Shown here: positions 43,450 to 53,219 of the stretch, piece after piece | Position numbering within the stretch: the first letter of the stretch is position 1 | How the letters are laid out: the number at the start of each line of letters is the position of its first letter | Translations under genes and position numbers: made by a program | Notes under the pieces: model-generated | Told to the model about the DNA's origin: nothing | The model's database searches: none | Seen by the model: the letters and a program-made list of their open reading frames with translations, nothing else | Source: Diplonema papillatum | Lineage: Eukaryota | DNA length: 64,000 nucleotides | Direction: 5' to 3' | NCBI GenBank assembly: GCA_030068145.1 | Contig: JAPJBO010001134.1 | Location: forward strand, 1,408 to 65,407

Positions 43450-44936
43450 TTGTCTTGCTTGGCAAGAGCCGCGTACTTCTTCTTGTCGTCTTCGCTGCAC
43501 TCGCGCCAGAGAGCGCCCATAATTTTGGACAAGGCGGCGACGCTGACACCCGGGTTGGCTTGCGTCGTCTCTCGACGCACGGCGGCGAGGAAGTGAAAAT
43601 AGGCAGTCAGCGGGACCTTCGGCGCGTTGGGGTACACCTTCCGGGTCACCCGTCCTCGCCCGGCGGCAGTGGCGGCGCGCGGGCGGGTGGTGGCGGCGGC
43701 GGCAGCGGGGCGCGCCGCGGATGTGGGGCGCTGCATGAACGCCGGAAGGTGCCTCGCCGGCGGCGTGCTGGCGTCGTCGGTGGCCGCTGTCGGCGGTGGC
43801 GTGGCGGGTTCTTCTTCGGGCTTTAGCACGGCGGCCGTGGCTGTGGCTGTGGCTGTGGCTGCGGGATGCGCAGACGTGGCAGACGACGTCCGGGCTTGCG
43901 TTGATTCGGTGTCGTGTGAGGGGAGAGCGGCTAGGTAAGCCAGGTCTTTCAGAATAGACGCGGCGACAGCGTTCGGGCCTTGCTGCTGAGAGCCAAAGGC
44001 TATTGCGCCGACGGGTGCTGCTGCCGGGTTGTTGACGATGGGTTCAGGTTGATGGTCTGGCTCTTGGTGAGTCTGTTGCTGTGGGTCGGGATGGGTAGGT
44101 TCGTCTGTGTCCTCGTCGTCCTGTTGCAGGGCGTTGGACCGGTAGTTCAGCACCACGCCGACCACCGAAAGATGCATCGCAGCACCAGCCGCGTGCCGGC
44201 ATTTCGCGATGTTGTCGACCATGTCCTTGCCGCACTCGCACAGGGCCGCAGCTATCGAATCGAACACCGGCGCGAACGCCGCGTCGGCGGCATCGCTCCC
44301 TTTTTGCGGCGACCGTCCATCCGCCGCCTTCGGCGCTTCTTCTCCTTCAGCGTCCGGTTCTGACTTCACCTTCCCGTCATCGTTCCGCACGTTCAGCGTC
44401 AAGAACACTGAGTACGCCTTGTTCCCATCCGCCGCCACGCATGTATACCGTGCGTCAACGGTGCCGCCTCCATCGTTCTCGAAGCGCGGCGCGTCGCAGG
44501 ACACGAGTTCGACCATGCCCTTCTTGAAGAACTTCGCGCCGCGGGCGACCTGCGCGTCGCCGAAAAAGGCGACGACTTTGTCTTCGGCGATGGCCAGCGG
44601 CGCGGCCGCCTCCCGCGGCGCCCCGCCGGCGGCCGGCTTGTCTGAGCCGACGAGGGCCGGCAGGCTGTCGCCGAAGGCGGCGGCGTCCTTCTTCTGCATG
44701 ACGAGCCCGTGGTACGTCTTCGTCGTCGAAGTCCGGGAGGCGACCTCATGCTGCACGTAAGCGTCCCGCGAGCCGGCTGAGTCCTCGGGAGTTAGGTACG
44801 GATACGGGTGCCGCGCCGCTCGGTTGACGGACCCCACAAACTCTAGCAGCCGGCCGCCCGGTTTCTCGCTGTGGAGATGTTGTCCGTTTTTAGAGTGAAA
44901 GGTCGTTTGCTTGCGCGCACTGCCTTTGTCCTTCAT
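43450..44936 (-). CDS. HMG-box protein, 5' exon (about 495 aa). It holds a long N-terminal region of unknown function plus the first two-thirds of the HMG box.
   Basis: ORF 43167..44936, with ATG at 44936..44934. The HMG box reads PNAPKVPLTAYFHFLAAVRRETTQANPGVSVAALSKIMGALWRECSEDDKKKYAALAKQDK. The exon ends with AA before the donor GTATGC at about 43449. Confidence 0.55.
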
Positions 44937-45201
44937 TTCGTTTTCTTCTCAACGGGTGGCGTGTGTGTTTGAAGGTGCGGAAACTGTGGCGGAAAGAAGA
45001 CAGAAACGAAGTGGTGTGCAGAGACGTTGATCCCAGTGGTACGCACTCAGTGCACACCGCACACACCTTTCGAACCATCACGCGGTTGCATGCACACGTT
45101 TGAAGAAGATGCAGCGGAAAGTAAACATGGAGCGGTGTGCAGATGATCATCTATTGTAGACGCAGTACACAGGTTCCACCTTGCACATTCCACACTTGGG
45201 T

Positions 45202-46308
45202 TCACAGGGGGGGAGCGCACCTAATTTTCTTCAAGACGGAGCCTATGTCTGCATGTGACGCAGCTGCGGCAAATAGAGCGTTGGCATCCACGTAGCGTAG
45301 GCCGACGACGGCAGCCAGCCTCCGCAGTTTTTCAGCGGCGGAGCCGAGGAGCGACGTGCTGGACGAGACGTAGCAGTGCTTGAGGTTGAGGTTGTGTTTG
45401 TGCTGCAGGTACGCGAAGTCTGCCTGGCGGAGCGAGTCTACAGTCAAGTCTTTGGCTTCGGCCAGCACTTGGCCCAGTCCACTGCACGGCCGCGCAGATG
45501 GTTTCGAAGTGCCGGTGCTGGTGGTGTTGGTTGCTTCCACTGAGTCGAGGACCCGCAGCGGGGCGTACACGTAGATGGGAAATGGGGCCTGCAGGGCCGC
45601 CAAGCACCGCTCGAGCGTGGCTGCAATCGTCGGCATGTCAGGGCCGGTGCAGCCGGCTCGTTTCATGACGGATTCTTCCCTCATGATGACGATCGCTACT
45701 TTCACAGATGAAGGGATCGCGTACCACGCGTGCAGAAGAGGTGTCACATCCGGGCGCAACTGATCGCCTGCTAGCATGACGGACGCGTCGAGAACGAGAG
45801 AGCTTGTATTCAGGGCTGACCGAGGCACAAGCTTCACCTGTCTCCTCCACAAGACGTCGAAACCTTCGCCAATAGCTGGGGGGATGGGTTCTATGTCGAT
45901 TTGCTCGCGCGGATGCCACGAGGCGCCCTCCTCCGAACGTTGCCACTCCCTCTCCCACACCTTTCTCTGGTCCCCGCCATACGCGTCTACGAGGACGCCT
46001 TTCACTTGCAACGCGATCGAGTGCCCCTTCGCTACAGTGCTGGCGGCTTCGATCAGGCTCTTCCGCGCACCTTCGCCCAGTGTCACGTCGTCGTCGATCA
46101 CGACTCTTGACGAAAACGTACTCCCGGCCGCCGCTCCTGCTCCTGGCGCCGCGTCTCCTGTCAAAGCGGCCTTCAGTTTCTTCACCCCCCAGTGCAGCGA
46201 CCGTCCGCCCAGCGAGACCCGCACGCCCGGGCCCGCCTTTCGCCGCGCCCAGTCCTCTCTTCCGGAGTACGGCTCGCCCATCACGATCACCAGTTCTTTG
46301 CTCTGCAT
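45202..46308 (-). CDS. Hypothetical protein with a degenerate P-loop-like N-terminus (VIVMGEPYSGRED); function unknown
   Basis: ORF 45202..46308 is 368 aa and the only long ORF in this interval. No confident family assignment can be made by eye. Confidence 0.35.
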   Translation of the reverse strand: MQSKELVIVMGEPYSGREDWARRKAGPGVRVSLGGRSLHWGVKKLKAALTGDAAPGAGAAAGSTFSSRVVIDDDVTLGEGARKSLIEAASTVAKGHSIALQVKGVLVDAYGGDQRKVWEREWQRSEEGASWHPREQIDIEPIPPAIGEGFDVLWRRQVKLVPRSALNTSSLVLDASVMLAGDQLRPDVTPLLHAWYAIPSSVKVAIVIMREESVMKRAGCTGPDMPTIAATLERCLAALQAPFPIYVYAPLRVLDSVEATNTTSTGTSKPSARPCSGLGQVLAEAKDLTVDSLRQADFAYLQHKHNLNLKHCYVSSSTSLLGSAAEKLRRLAAVVGLRYVDANALFAAAASHADIGSVLKKIRCAPPL

Positions 46309-47279
46309 TCTCCCGCCGCTCTCTCTTTTCTCGCTGTTGTTACCCTACTTTGTATCGACCGCCCGCCACATGGCCCAGACCCGACCTTGTCGTGTATAAA
46401 TTTGCTTGAAACTCCGGGTTTCTGGAGGCTCCGGTAACATTCGGGAAACTTCCTTGTTTGCAACGCGTGCGCAACTTCGGGACAATGTGCTCATTTGGAC
46501 GTCTGAAAAACGTGGCGAGCACGTGTCTTTCTGCAGTATGACATGACCGTGGATAGACAGTAAAATAGGGGGATAATCACCACATGCACAGCATCATACG
46601 TTTACAACAAGCCTTCCATCCAAATCATTTCTCGTTGGCATCGCCTCATATCCCCACAGATCGCGAGGTTCGCCCTCCAGTCAGGGGGCAACTCCTCAAC
46701 ACAGACTCTTACGGCCACCACCTTTATTGCACTTACTTCTCTCAAGTTCACGAAGAAGCGTCGAAAGAGGAACTTTGGAAGCAGTCCTGCCTGACAAGAT
46801 ACTGAGACGCTCCCGGTGGAATCCCCCGGAACGCTTCTAAATCTGTCCTCGGAGAATCCCCTAAGATATTGCATATCATCCGTAACTGGGTTTGATCAGC
46901 TTCATCGCCGGATGATCGACTTTTCCCTTTTGAATACTCTTGTCGTATTCGGGTAAAGCACGCTGGTCTGCATCGTTATTGTCTGTCAGAGTGTAGGCAT
47001 GCAGGATTTGGCAAAGAGAACGGGGCACACGTAGACCGAATGCGTTGTAGGGAGGCTTGGGTGAACACATGCAACTAAGCCTCGAGAAAGTGTACCGTAC
47101 GAAAAGAGTACGAGTGGTCACAACAGTGCCAGGAGACCGCCGCTGTTGAAAAATGCAACGAATGCGCGTCTTGGGACGGGCGCAGGGCTGCACGTGAAAG
47201 AGATAGCAATGGTGCGGCGATGTCCGCACTTGCCGCTGGCAAAGGCTGGACGCATTCGCACACCTGGCCTTTTTTTAAG

Positions 47280-47720
47280 TGTTATTTGTGGTTTAGAAGA
47301 AGGCCCTTGTTTCTTCTCTTTTGGAGCGAGAGCTCGGTAAAGGGGGGGGGGGGGGGGGCAGCGCTCTTGTTAAGGATCAGCCACTTTGGCCGGATGGCCG
47401 GATAAACCAGACCCCCCCCCCCCCTCCCCCCCTCTACAGTGCAGTTGCCTTGGAGGCTGGGTGGTCAAATTCTCTAAGGTGAAATGGTCAAAATTCCCTG
47501 CCAAAAGTGGGCCCACAAAAATTTTCCAAAGTGTGGTATTTTGGGTATTTGGGGCAAAAAAAAAACTTTTTTTTTTCTGACCGCCCACCGTGGTGACCAC
47601 CTTAGAGTGTGACAGGTAGCGTCTCCCCCCTCCACAGTGAAAATAGCCTGAGGGGGGGGGGGGCAGGGGTGGAAACTGAATCTGGCCGGTCTGGGTTTTG
47701 GGTTTTATGTTTCCTGGGGG
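47280..47720. repeat. Homopolymer-rich low-complexity island: G17 at 47342-47358, C12 plus C6 at 47417-47436, A10/T12 at 47551-47576, G12 at 47642-47653
   Basis: Direct read. A GGGTTTTGGGTTTTATGTTTCC motif is shared with 51118-51145. Confidence 0.7.
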
Positions 47721-48273
47721 GGGTGGCTTGTCCAGGACACCAGCGTTTGTACTTAGAAGAATTCGAGGCCCACCTCACGGTTTTTGTGAAAGTTTCAAGA
47801 ATGGGGGGTCCGGGGGGCCAAGCCCCCCGGCCGGACGGTACGGTACGCCAAGGTACGCCTTCGGCGTTTTTTCGCGTTGATCTTCGGAAACCCAGTGCTT
47901 CTAGTGGATGTCCCGAAAACTATACAATATTACAGTATGTGGCGTATATTTGCGGGAATATCAAAATACAATCATTCCCCGCAAGTTACCCCTCCGAACC
48001 TTCAACTCGTATGGGATAGCCGGAACATTCGACGTTGTCTATCATCAGAGGCAGAGTATGCTTGCGGACAACGTCCCGAACGGCAAGACAAGGAAAGAAA
48101 CTCCGAAGCTGTGCTTTCAATTTTCCCCAGTTCCAGGTCAGGGTGGGAACCAAAGTGAAAAGTCCTAGCAAGCAAGCCGTCTTCGTTTTACCAAAAATGA
48201 TTTACGGCACATTGAAAAACAGAACAGTTTTATTTTATGTACCAATGGACTCGGGGTACGTACGGCAGTATGG

Positions 48274-49107
48274 CTAAGACGACGATGACGACGACGACGA
48301 TGAACATGATGATGATGCTGATGATGATGATGATGATGACGACGACACGTTGCTTCGCTTTATGGCCTTGGGCGGCGGACAAGAGGGCGGGCATGACGAG
48401 GCACGTTTTCGTTTGCCTTGTGGGACTGCGGGAACAGCTGCTGAGGAACGATTGTCAGTTGTTGACGGGGCGGGTTTAGTGGCCGGTGTCGTGCGTTTGC
48501 CTTGTGGGACTGCGGGAACAGCTGCTGAGGAACGCTTGTCAGTTGTTGACGGGGCGGGTTGAGTGGCCGATGTCGTGCGGAGGCGTTTGTGTGTTCGCAG
48601 TGTATCGGGCTGGTGGGTTTGCTTTCTTTTCGCTGAAGCCGTAACAACAGGGAGCTCAATAGGCAAAGCAGATGCAGGCTGCGATGGAGCTGCTACGGCA
48701 GACGGCGCTGCAGAGGCTGATGTGGACCCTCTTGGCCGATAAGTGGCAGGTCTTGATTGAGCAGTGTTGGCAGGCGACGACGTAGCTGCGTTGGCGGCTG
48801 GGGCAACTCGTGAACGAGCACCCGCGGAAGGGGTGCTTCGAGCTTTCGGCTGCTGCCCAGGCGATGAGGTAGCTGCGTTGGCGTCTGGGGTAACTCGCGA
48901 TCGAGAAACCGCGGATGGAGTGATGCTTGGGCGGGCCACCGGCTGCTGCCCAGTCGGACCTGCCACGCGAGCCGTCAGCAGAACCGCAACGATGCTGGCA
49001 ATTGCGATGTTACCCCGGAGGCCCTTTACCCCGAGCCAATGCGCGAACCCGAAGGTGCCGAAGTAGAATTCTCCTTGGTGGGGACAACTCGAAACAATGA
49101 AATTCAA
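48274..49107 (-). CDS. Possible repetitive Ser/Thr/Pro/Ala-rich protein with a poly-Ser C-terminus and internal repeats of about 85-88 bp x2. Coding status is uncertain.
   Basis: ORF 48274..49107. It contains RSSAAVPAVPQGKR x2 and PSAGARSRVAPAANAATSS x2. It abuts the 102-bp array but sits in a different frame. Confidence 0.25.
   Translation of the reverse strand: MNFIVSSCPHQGEFYFGTFGFAHWLGVKGLRGNIAIASIVAVLLTARVAGPTGQQPVARPSITPSAVSRSRVTPDANAATSSPGQQPKARSTPSAGARSRVAPAANAATSSPANTAQSRPATYRPRGSTSASAAPSAVAAPSQPASALPIELPVVTASAKRKQTHQPDTLRTHKRLRTTSATQPAPSTTDKRSSAAVPAVPQGKRTTPATKPAPSTTDNRSSAAVPAVPQGKRKRASSCPPSCPPPKAIKRSNVSSSSSSSSSASSSCSSSSSSSSS
48277..48345. repeat. (GAC/GAT)n trinucleotide microsatellite (encodes poly-Ser on the minus strand)
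   Basis: The read gacgacgatgacgacgacgacgatgaacatgatgatgatgctgatgatgatgatgatgatgacgacgac. Confidence 0.9.
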
Positions 49108-49890
49108 GTGTCTCCCTCAAAGTTTGAAGGTTTCCAGGGTGGGGACATCTCCGGACGTCAAAATAGAGGTGTCTCCTTGGTGGGGACAACTCGAAACGAT
49201 GAAATTCAAGTGTCTCCCTCAAAGTTTGAAGGTTTCCAGGGTGGGGACATCTCCGGATGTCAAAATGGAGGTGTCTCCTTGGTGGGGACAACTCGAAACA
49301 ATGAAATTCAAGTGTCTCCCTCAAAGTTTGAAGGTTTCCAGGGTGGGGACATCTCCGGATGTCAAAATAGAGGTGTCTCCTTGGTGGGGACAACTCGAAA
49401 CAATGAAATTCAAGTGTCTCCCTCAAAGTTTGAAGGTTTCCAGGGTGGGGACATCTCCGGACGTCAAAATAGAGGTGTCTCCTTGGTGGGGACAACTCGA
49501 AACAATGAAATTCAAGTGTCTCCCTCAAAGTTTGAAGGTTTCCAGGGTGGGGACATCTCCGGACGTCAAAATCGAGGTGTCTCCTTGGTGGGGACAACTC
49601 GAAACAATGAAATTCAAGTGTCTCCCTCAAAGTTTGAAGGTTTCCAGGGTGGGGACATCTCCGGACGTCAAAATAGAGGTGTCTCCTTGGTGGGGACAAC
49701 TCGAAACAATGAAATTCAAGTGTCTCCCTCAAAGTTTGAAGGTTTCCAGGGTGGGGACATCTCCGGATGTCAAAATAGAGGTGTCTCCTTGGTGGGGACA
49801 ACTCGAAACAATGAAATTCAAGTGTCCCCTTCAAAGTTTGAAGGTTTCCAGGGTGGGGACATCTCCGGATGTCAAAATGGAGGTGTCGTA
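49039..49890. repeat. Tandem array with a 102-bp unit, about 8.3 copies, 95-99% identical. The array is open in at least three reading frames.
   Basis: The period was measured as 49085 to 49187. The unit is CAACTCGAAACAATGAAATTCAAGTGTCTCCCTCAAAGTTTGAAGGTTTCCAGGGTGGGGACATCTCCGGACGTCAAAATAGAGGTGTCTCCTTGGTGGGGA. Confidence 0.9.
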
Positions 49891-50084
49891 GCTGAGGGTG
49901 TAAAGGTTGGTGAAGCCTCGAGATTCTGTTGGAATTTTGCGAAGCTTGTGTGTTTCCTGCACACGAGCTGTAACGCTGTACCGTACCGTTCGGCCGGGGG
50001 GCGGTGCCCCCCGGATCCCCCCCTCTCTTTTGGAAGGATTGGTGCCAAAAAAAAAAACCCCCGGGCTACGCCCGTTTAGATTCG

Positions 50085-50125
50085 AAGGTATATCACCCAT
50101 TCCACGAAAAAGTGTCACAGATTTC
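50085..50125. repeat. Left arm of a roughly 40-bp inverted repeat (partner 51012..51055). The pair brackets a structure of about 970 bp that contains a pol III tRNA-like unit.
   Basis: ggtatatcacccattccacgaaaaagtgtcacagatttc is matched by gaaaatctgtgacactttttcgtggaatgggtgatattc at the partner site. Confidence 0.6.
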
Positions 50126-50499
50126 GGCTTTTTTCGGATTTCTGCCGAAGATTTCCATCTGCAGGTCCGAAAATGGTCGGTTTCGAGATTTTGAGGACAC
50201 GTTTGAATCCGTTGAGGACAGGGCTTTCCGAATATTTGGTCGGATAAAATTTTGACCGACCCCCCCCCCGGAAATGGAGGTCGGCACCCGAAAAAATGGG
50301 GTCCTGGAGATCGGTTTTTTTTCTCTCTGCATCCAGGAGGGGGTCAGATTTTGATCGCTGGGCTAGCTGGCAGCTTGCCCATAATCGCGCATCCCAGAAC
50401 TACTCGAAAACCAAAAGATTTCCCAAAAAGACCTCGAAAATAATTTCCAGACGGCTGCTTTTCACACCGAAAAATCGCAAAAAAAAAAAATCGGACCGG

Positions 50500-50578
50500 G
50501 GGAATCGAACCATGGCCTACAGGGGCCCAGGAGGGTGCGGTAACCGTTAGGCTATGTTGCCAAACCTCGGGCCAAAAT
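50500..50578 (-). ncRNA. Pol III-type tRNA-like unit 2, with an A-box-like TAGCCTAACGGTTA, a perfect B-box GGTTCGATTCC and a T12 terminator. It is not a canonical cloverleaf.
   Basis: The minus strand reads TTTGGCAACATAGCCTAACGGTTACCGCACCCTCCTGGGCCCCTGTAGGCCATGGTTCGATTCCCCCGGTCCGATTTTTTTTTTTT. The T-stem and acceptor do not pair. Confidence 0.35.
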
Positions 50579-51011
50579 TCGCTTTTAGCGCCTGCTCAGT
50601 TGGAATTCTTATCGGAAAGTGCGAGATCGTCATTTACTCGTTTCCAGTGTCCCAGGACGGTATTTCTGCTCTCTCAGAGCTTATTTCGCCCGGTTTGCGA
50701 AGAACTCAAAATGAGTCCAAAAATTCTCACTCGGTAGTGAACAAAAAAAATTCCGCCGTTTTTTTAGCCCATGGTCCAGAGGTTACCACACCCACACAGG
50801 GGTTTGTGGGTCGGTGGTTCGATTCCCGCCGGAAATCGTTTTTTTGGGTTTTTAAAACAGCCCCAAAACCGACCTTTTGTCCATCTGCACGCCAGATTTT
50901 GGTCGCCACGCGAGCTGATTGCTTGCCCATAATCGCCAGGGATAGCTCTTTCCATCCCAAAAAAAAATTCCCAAAAATTCCAAAATTTTGACCCAAAACG
51001 GGCTGCTTTTC

Positions 51012-51055
51012 AGACGGAAAATCTGTGACACTTTTTCGTGGAATGGGTGATATTC
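51012..51055. repeat. Right arm of the inverted repeat (partner 50085..50125)
   Basis: See the left arm. Confidence 0.6.
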
Positions 51056-51289
51056 AAGATCGGGAACCGGGACCAGCCAGCCAGTAGTGGCTGCCACCAA
51101 ATACTTGGTATCTGGTGGCCTTGGGTTTTGGGTTTTATGTTTCCATCTATGGGGGGGGGGAGGGGGGGGGGTCAGCCGGCTGATGGGATGGGATGGATGG
51201 TTCTTAACAGATGCCCTGGGGGGGGAAAAACTTAGTTTAATGTTTAGCAGAGTACTGCCCTCATCAAGTCTTCGCTCGAAGAAAGTTTA

Positions 51290-51475
51290 AAGGGGGGGGT
51301 GGGGGGGGGGGGTCGAATAATAGCAGGTATTTGACACGCGGCTGGTTGTCTAAAACCACTACCACTATTTGTTCCTGCTACTGGTCGGCTACCTGCAACT
51401 TTTTTTAGTATTCGACAAATCGAATAATAACACAGGTGGTATTATTCGACCCCCCCCCCTCTTTAAAACTGCAGG
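51290..51475. repeat. Foldback structure. GGGGGGGGGGGGTCGAATAATA at 51300-51330 and TATTATTCGACCCCCCCCCC at 51445-51470 are inverted. There is an internal perfect hairpin, TATTCGACAAATCGAATA, and nearby G12 and G10 runs at 51149-51171.
   Basis: Direct read. Confidence 0.55.
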
Positions 51476-52135
51476 GGTTCAAATGTCTATCTTTTCCAGC
51501 AAGCGAGTTGTTTTTGCGGTGGTTCGCGCACATGAAACAAGTTTTCCTCTTTTCCCGGTTTCCCGTAGTCCAGTGGCGGAATCCACGGTTTCTACATAAA
51601 ACGGTACAACTTTTTGAATGGCAAGAATACTGCAAACTCTCCCCCGGTGCACCACATGGCTTCTACCGTGCCGTCCTCAAAATACTCGGAGGCTAAAGGA
51701 GAGACCCACAGAATAGGTCTTTTCTTTGTTGCGCGCGTGCACCCTGGCGCTGACCCGTGAGTTCCCTGTTTTGTTCGGGGATACAGGAACATTGCCGCCC
51801 TTTCGCAATTCGCAACACGGCGGTCCGCTTTGAGTGTCTTCTACAAGCCGGGTGCTTTTTCAAGAATACTCGAGGGGCTGTCTTGTGCTTGCCTCGAAGG
51901 ATAATACAACTACAAAGTGGAGTTTTGCTAACGCTTACATCCGCCACGAACCCCAGATTTCCCTGTGCTTCGTGTGGGTTGCAGCACATGTACCTCGTTT
52001 GAGATTTCGCAACTGGCAGCTTCCTCAAGTAATTCTACAAAGCAGGTGCGTGTGCGTAAAACAAACAAAAAACGGCAGCTGTCGGTGTTTTTGGTACACT
52101 TACTTCGCAAGGTAGTTCGGCGTGTGGTCGTCCGT

Positions 52136-53080
52136 TCAGTCGGCGGCATCGCCGTCGCCGCCGGTGCCGTCGTATTCCAGGAAGATGCCTCCTTTGCACG
52201 AGTACTCGGGCTTGTACGGGTTGAGAAACAGGATCGACGCGGTCATGTGCGACGACACGAAGATGGTGAGGAACAGCGAGATCACGCCGGTGGTGTCCCA
52301 CTTGGCCTTGACCTCCAGATTTTCGTCGACTTTGCACCTGCCGGCGACCGCGATCTGAGAATCGGCGCCGGAGGACTTCGTGAACAACCCGCCAAACTGC
52401 GCCTTCGGGGTGATATCGAGCGCAAACCCAGCCTGAAAGCAAGAGGACCACCCAGCATCGTCGCACGCTCTGCCCACCCGGAAAGCCAAGACGAGGTCCC
52501 GGACTGCCTGGCTAAGGGAGAGCCCGACCCGCTTTATCCTGCCCTCGCCCCCGTTGTAAAGACCCTCGGCCCCTGCGGTCATCCCCTTCCATTCGTATGA
52601 AGCCGACTGGACCAGACTCACGCCTTCTTCGGCTGCTGTGCTTTTGAACGCTCTTAACGAGTGGATCCATCCGTCTCCTGCTCGGGACGCTTCTATCCCA
52701 AAGCAGTCGTCGCCCTCTCCGTGGTTCAGGTCCGCTGATGTTACAATTGTGGTGTTGTCAATGCCGAACGGAGTATCGAACCTTGCGTTTATCTCAGTAG
52801 ACCCGCTGGACTTGAGTGTGGTGTCCACCGCAAGGTTGGTTGCTCCCACAGCCGACTCGTAACTCGAAGTCAAGCTCCCCTCCGATGCTGAGCCCGGCAA
52901 ATGCTTGTGCCATGCCGACAGCAACACCCCGCCTTGGCTCCTTCCTTTCACATTCACTTCCACTGCCCCTGGACACGCCTCGAACCCGTCCATCATCAGC
53001 TCTTCCACAGGGCCGAAGACCTCTGCCACATGGCCAGCGACATCGTCCATGCTCTCCCTGGGCTTCTCCGACCCCCTCAC
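52136..53080 (-). CDS. Tom40-like mitochondrial outer-membrane beta-barrel protein (eukaryotic porin superfamily)
   Basis: N-terminal FGPVEELMMDGFEACPGAVEVNVKG matches Tom40 [30 protein letters not shown]. C-terminal KVDENLEVKAKWD...FLNPYKPEYSCKGG matches SVDSNWIVGATLEKK...FLNHRKNKFQCGFG. The alternating beta-strand pattern is present. Confidence 0.5.
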   Translation of the reverse strand: MRGSEKPRESMDDVAGHVAEVFGPVEELMMDGFEACPGAVEVNVKGRSQGGVLLSAWHKHLPGSASEGSLTSSYESAVGATNLAVDTTLKSSGSTEINARFDTPFGIDNTTIVTSADLNHGEGDDCFGIEASRAGDGWIHSLRAFKSTAAEEGVSLVQSASYEWKGMTAGAEGLYNGGEGRIKRVGLSLSQAVRDLVLAFRVGRACDDAGWSSCFQAGFALDITPKAQFGGLFTKSSGADSQIAVAGRCKVDENLEVKAKWDTTGVISLFLTIFVSSHMTASILFLNPYKPEYSCKGGIFLEYDGTGGDGDAAD

Positions 53081-53219
53081 CGGCTTCCCCCCGCCTCCCG
53101 CCTAGCTGCAGACTGGTTTGATTGTTCTTGTTCTTGCACACAGGCGGAACTAAACTGCTGTGTTATGTTGCACGCGAGGGGGTACCGCGCCTTTGAACCA
53201 GGGAAATACGGCACGCTCC

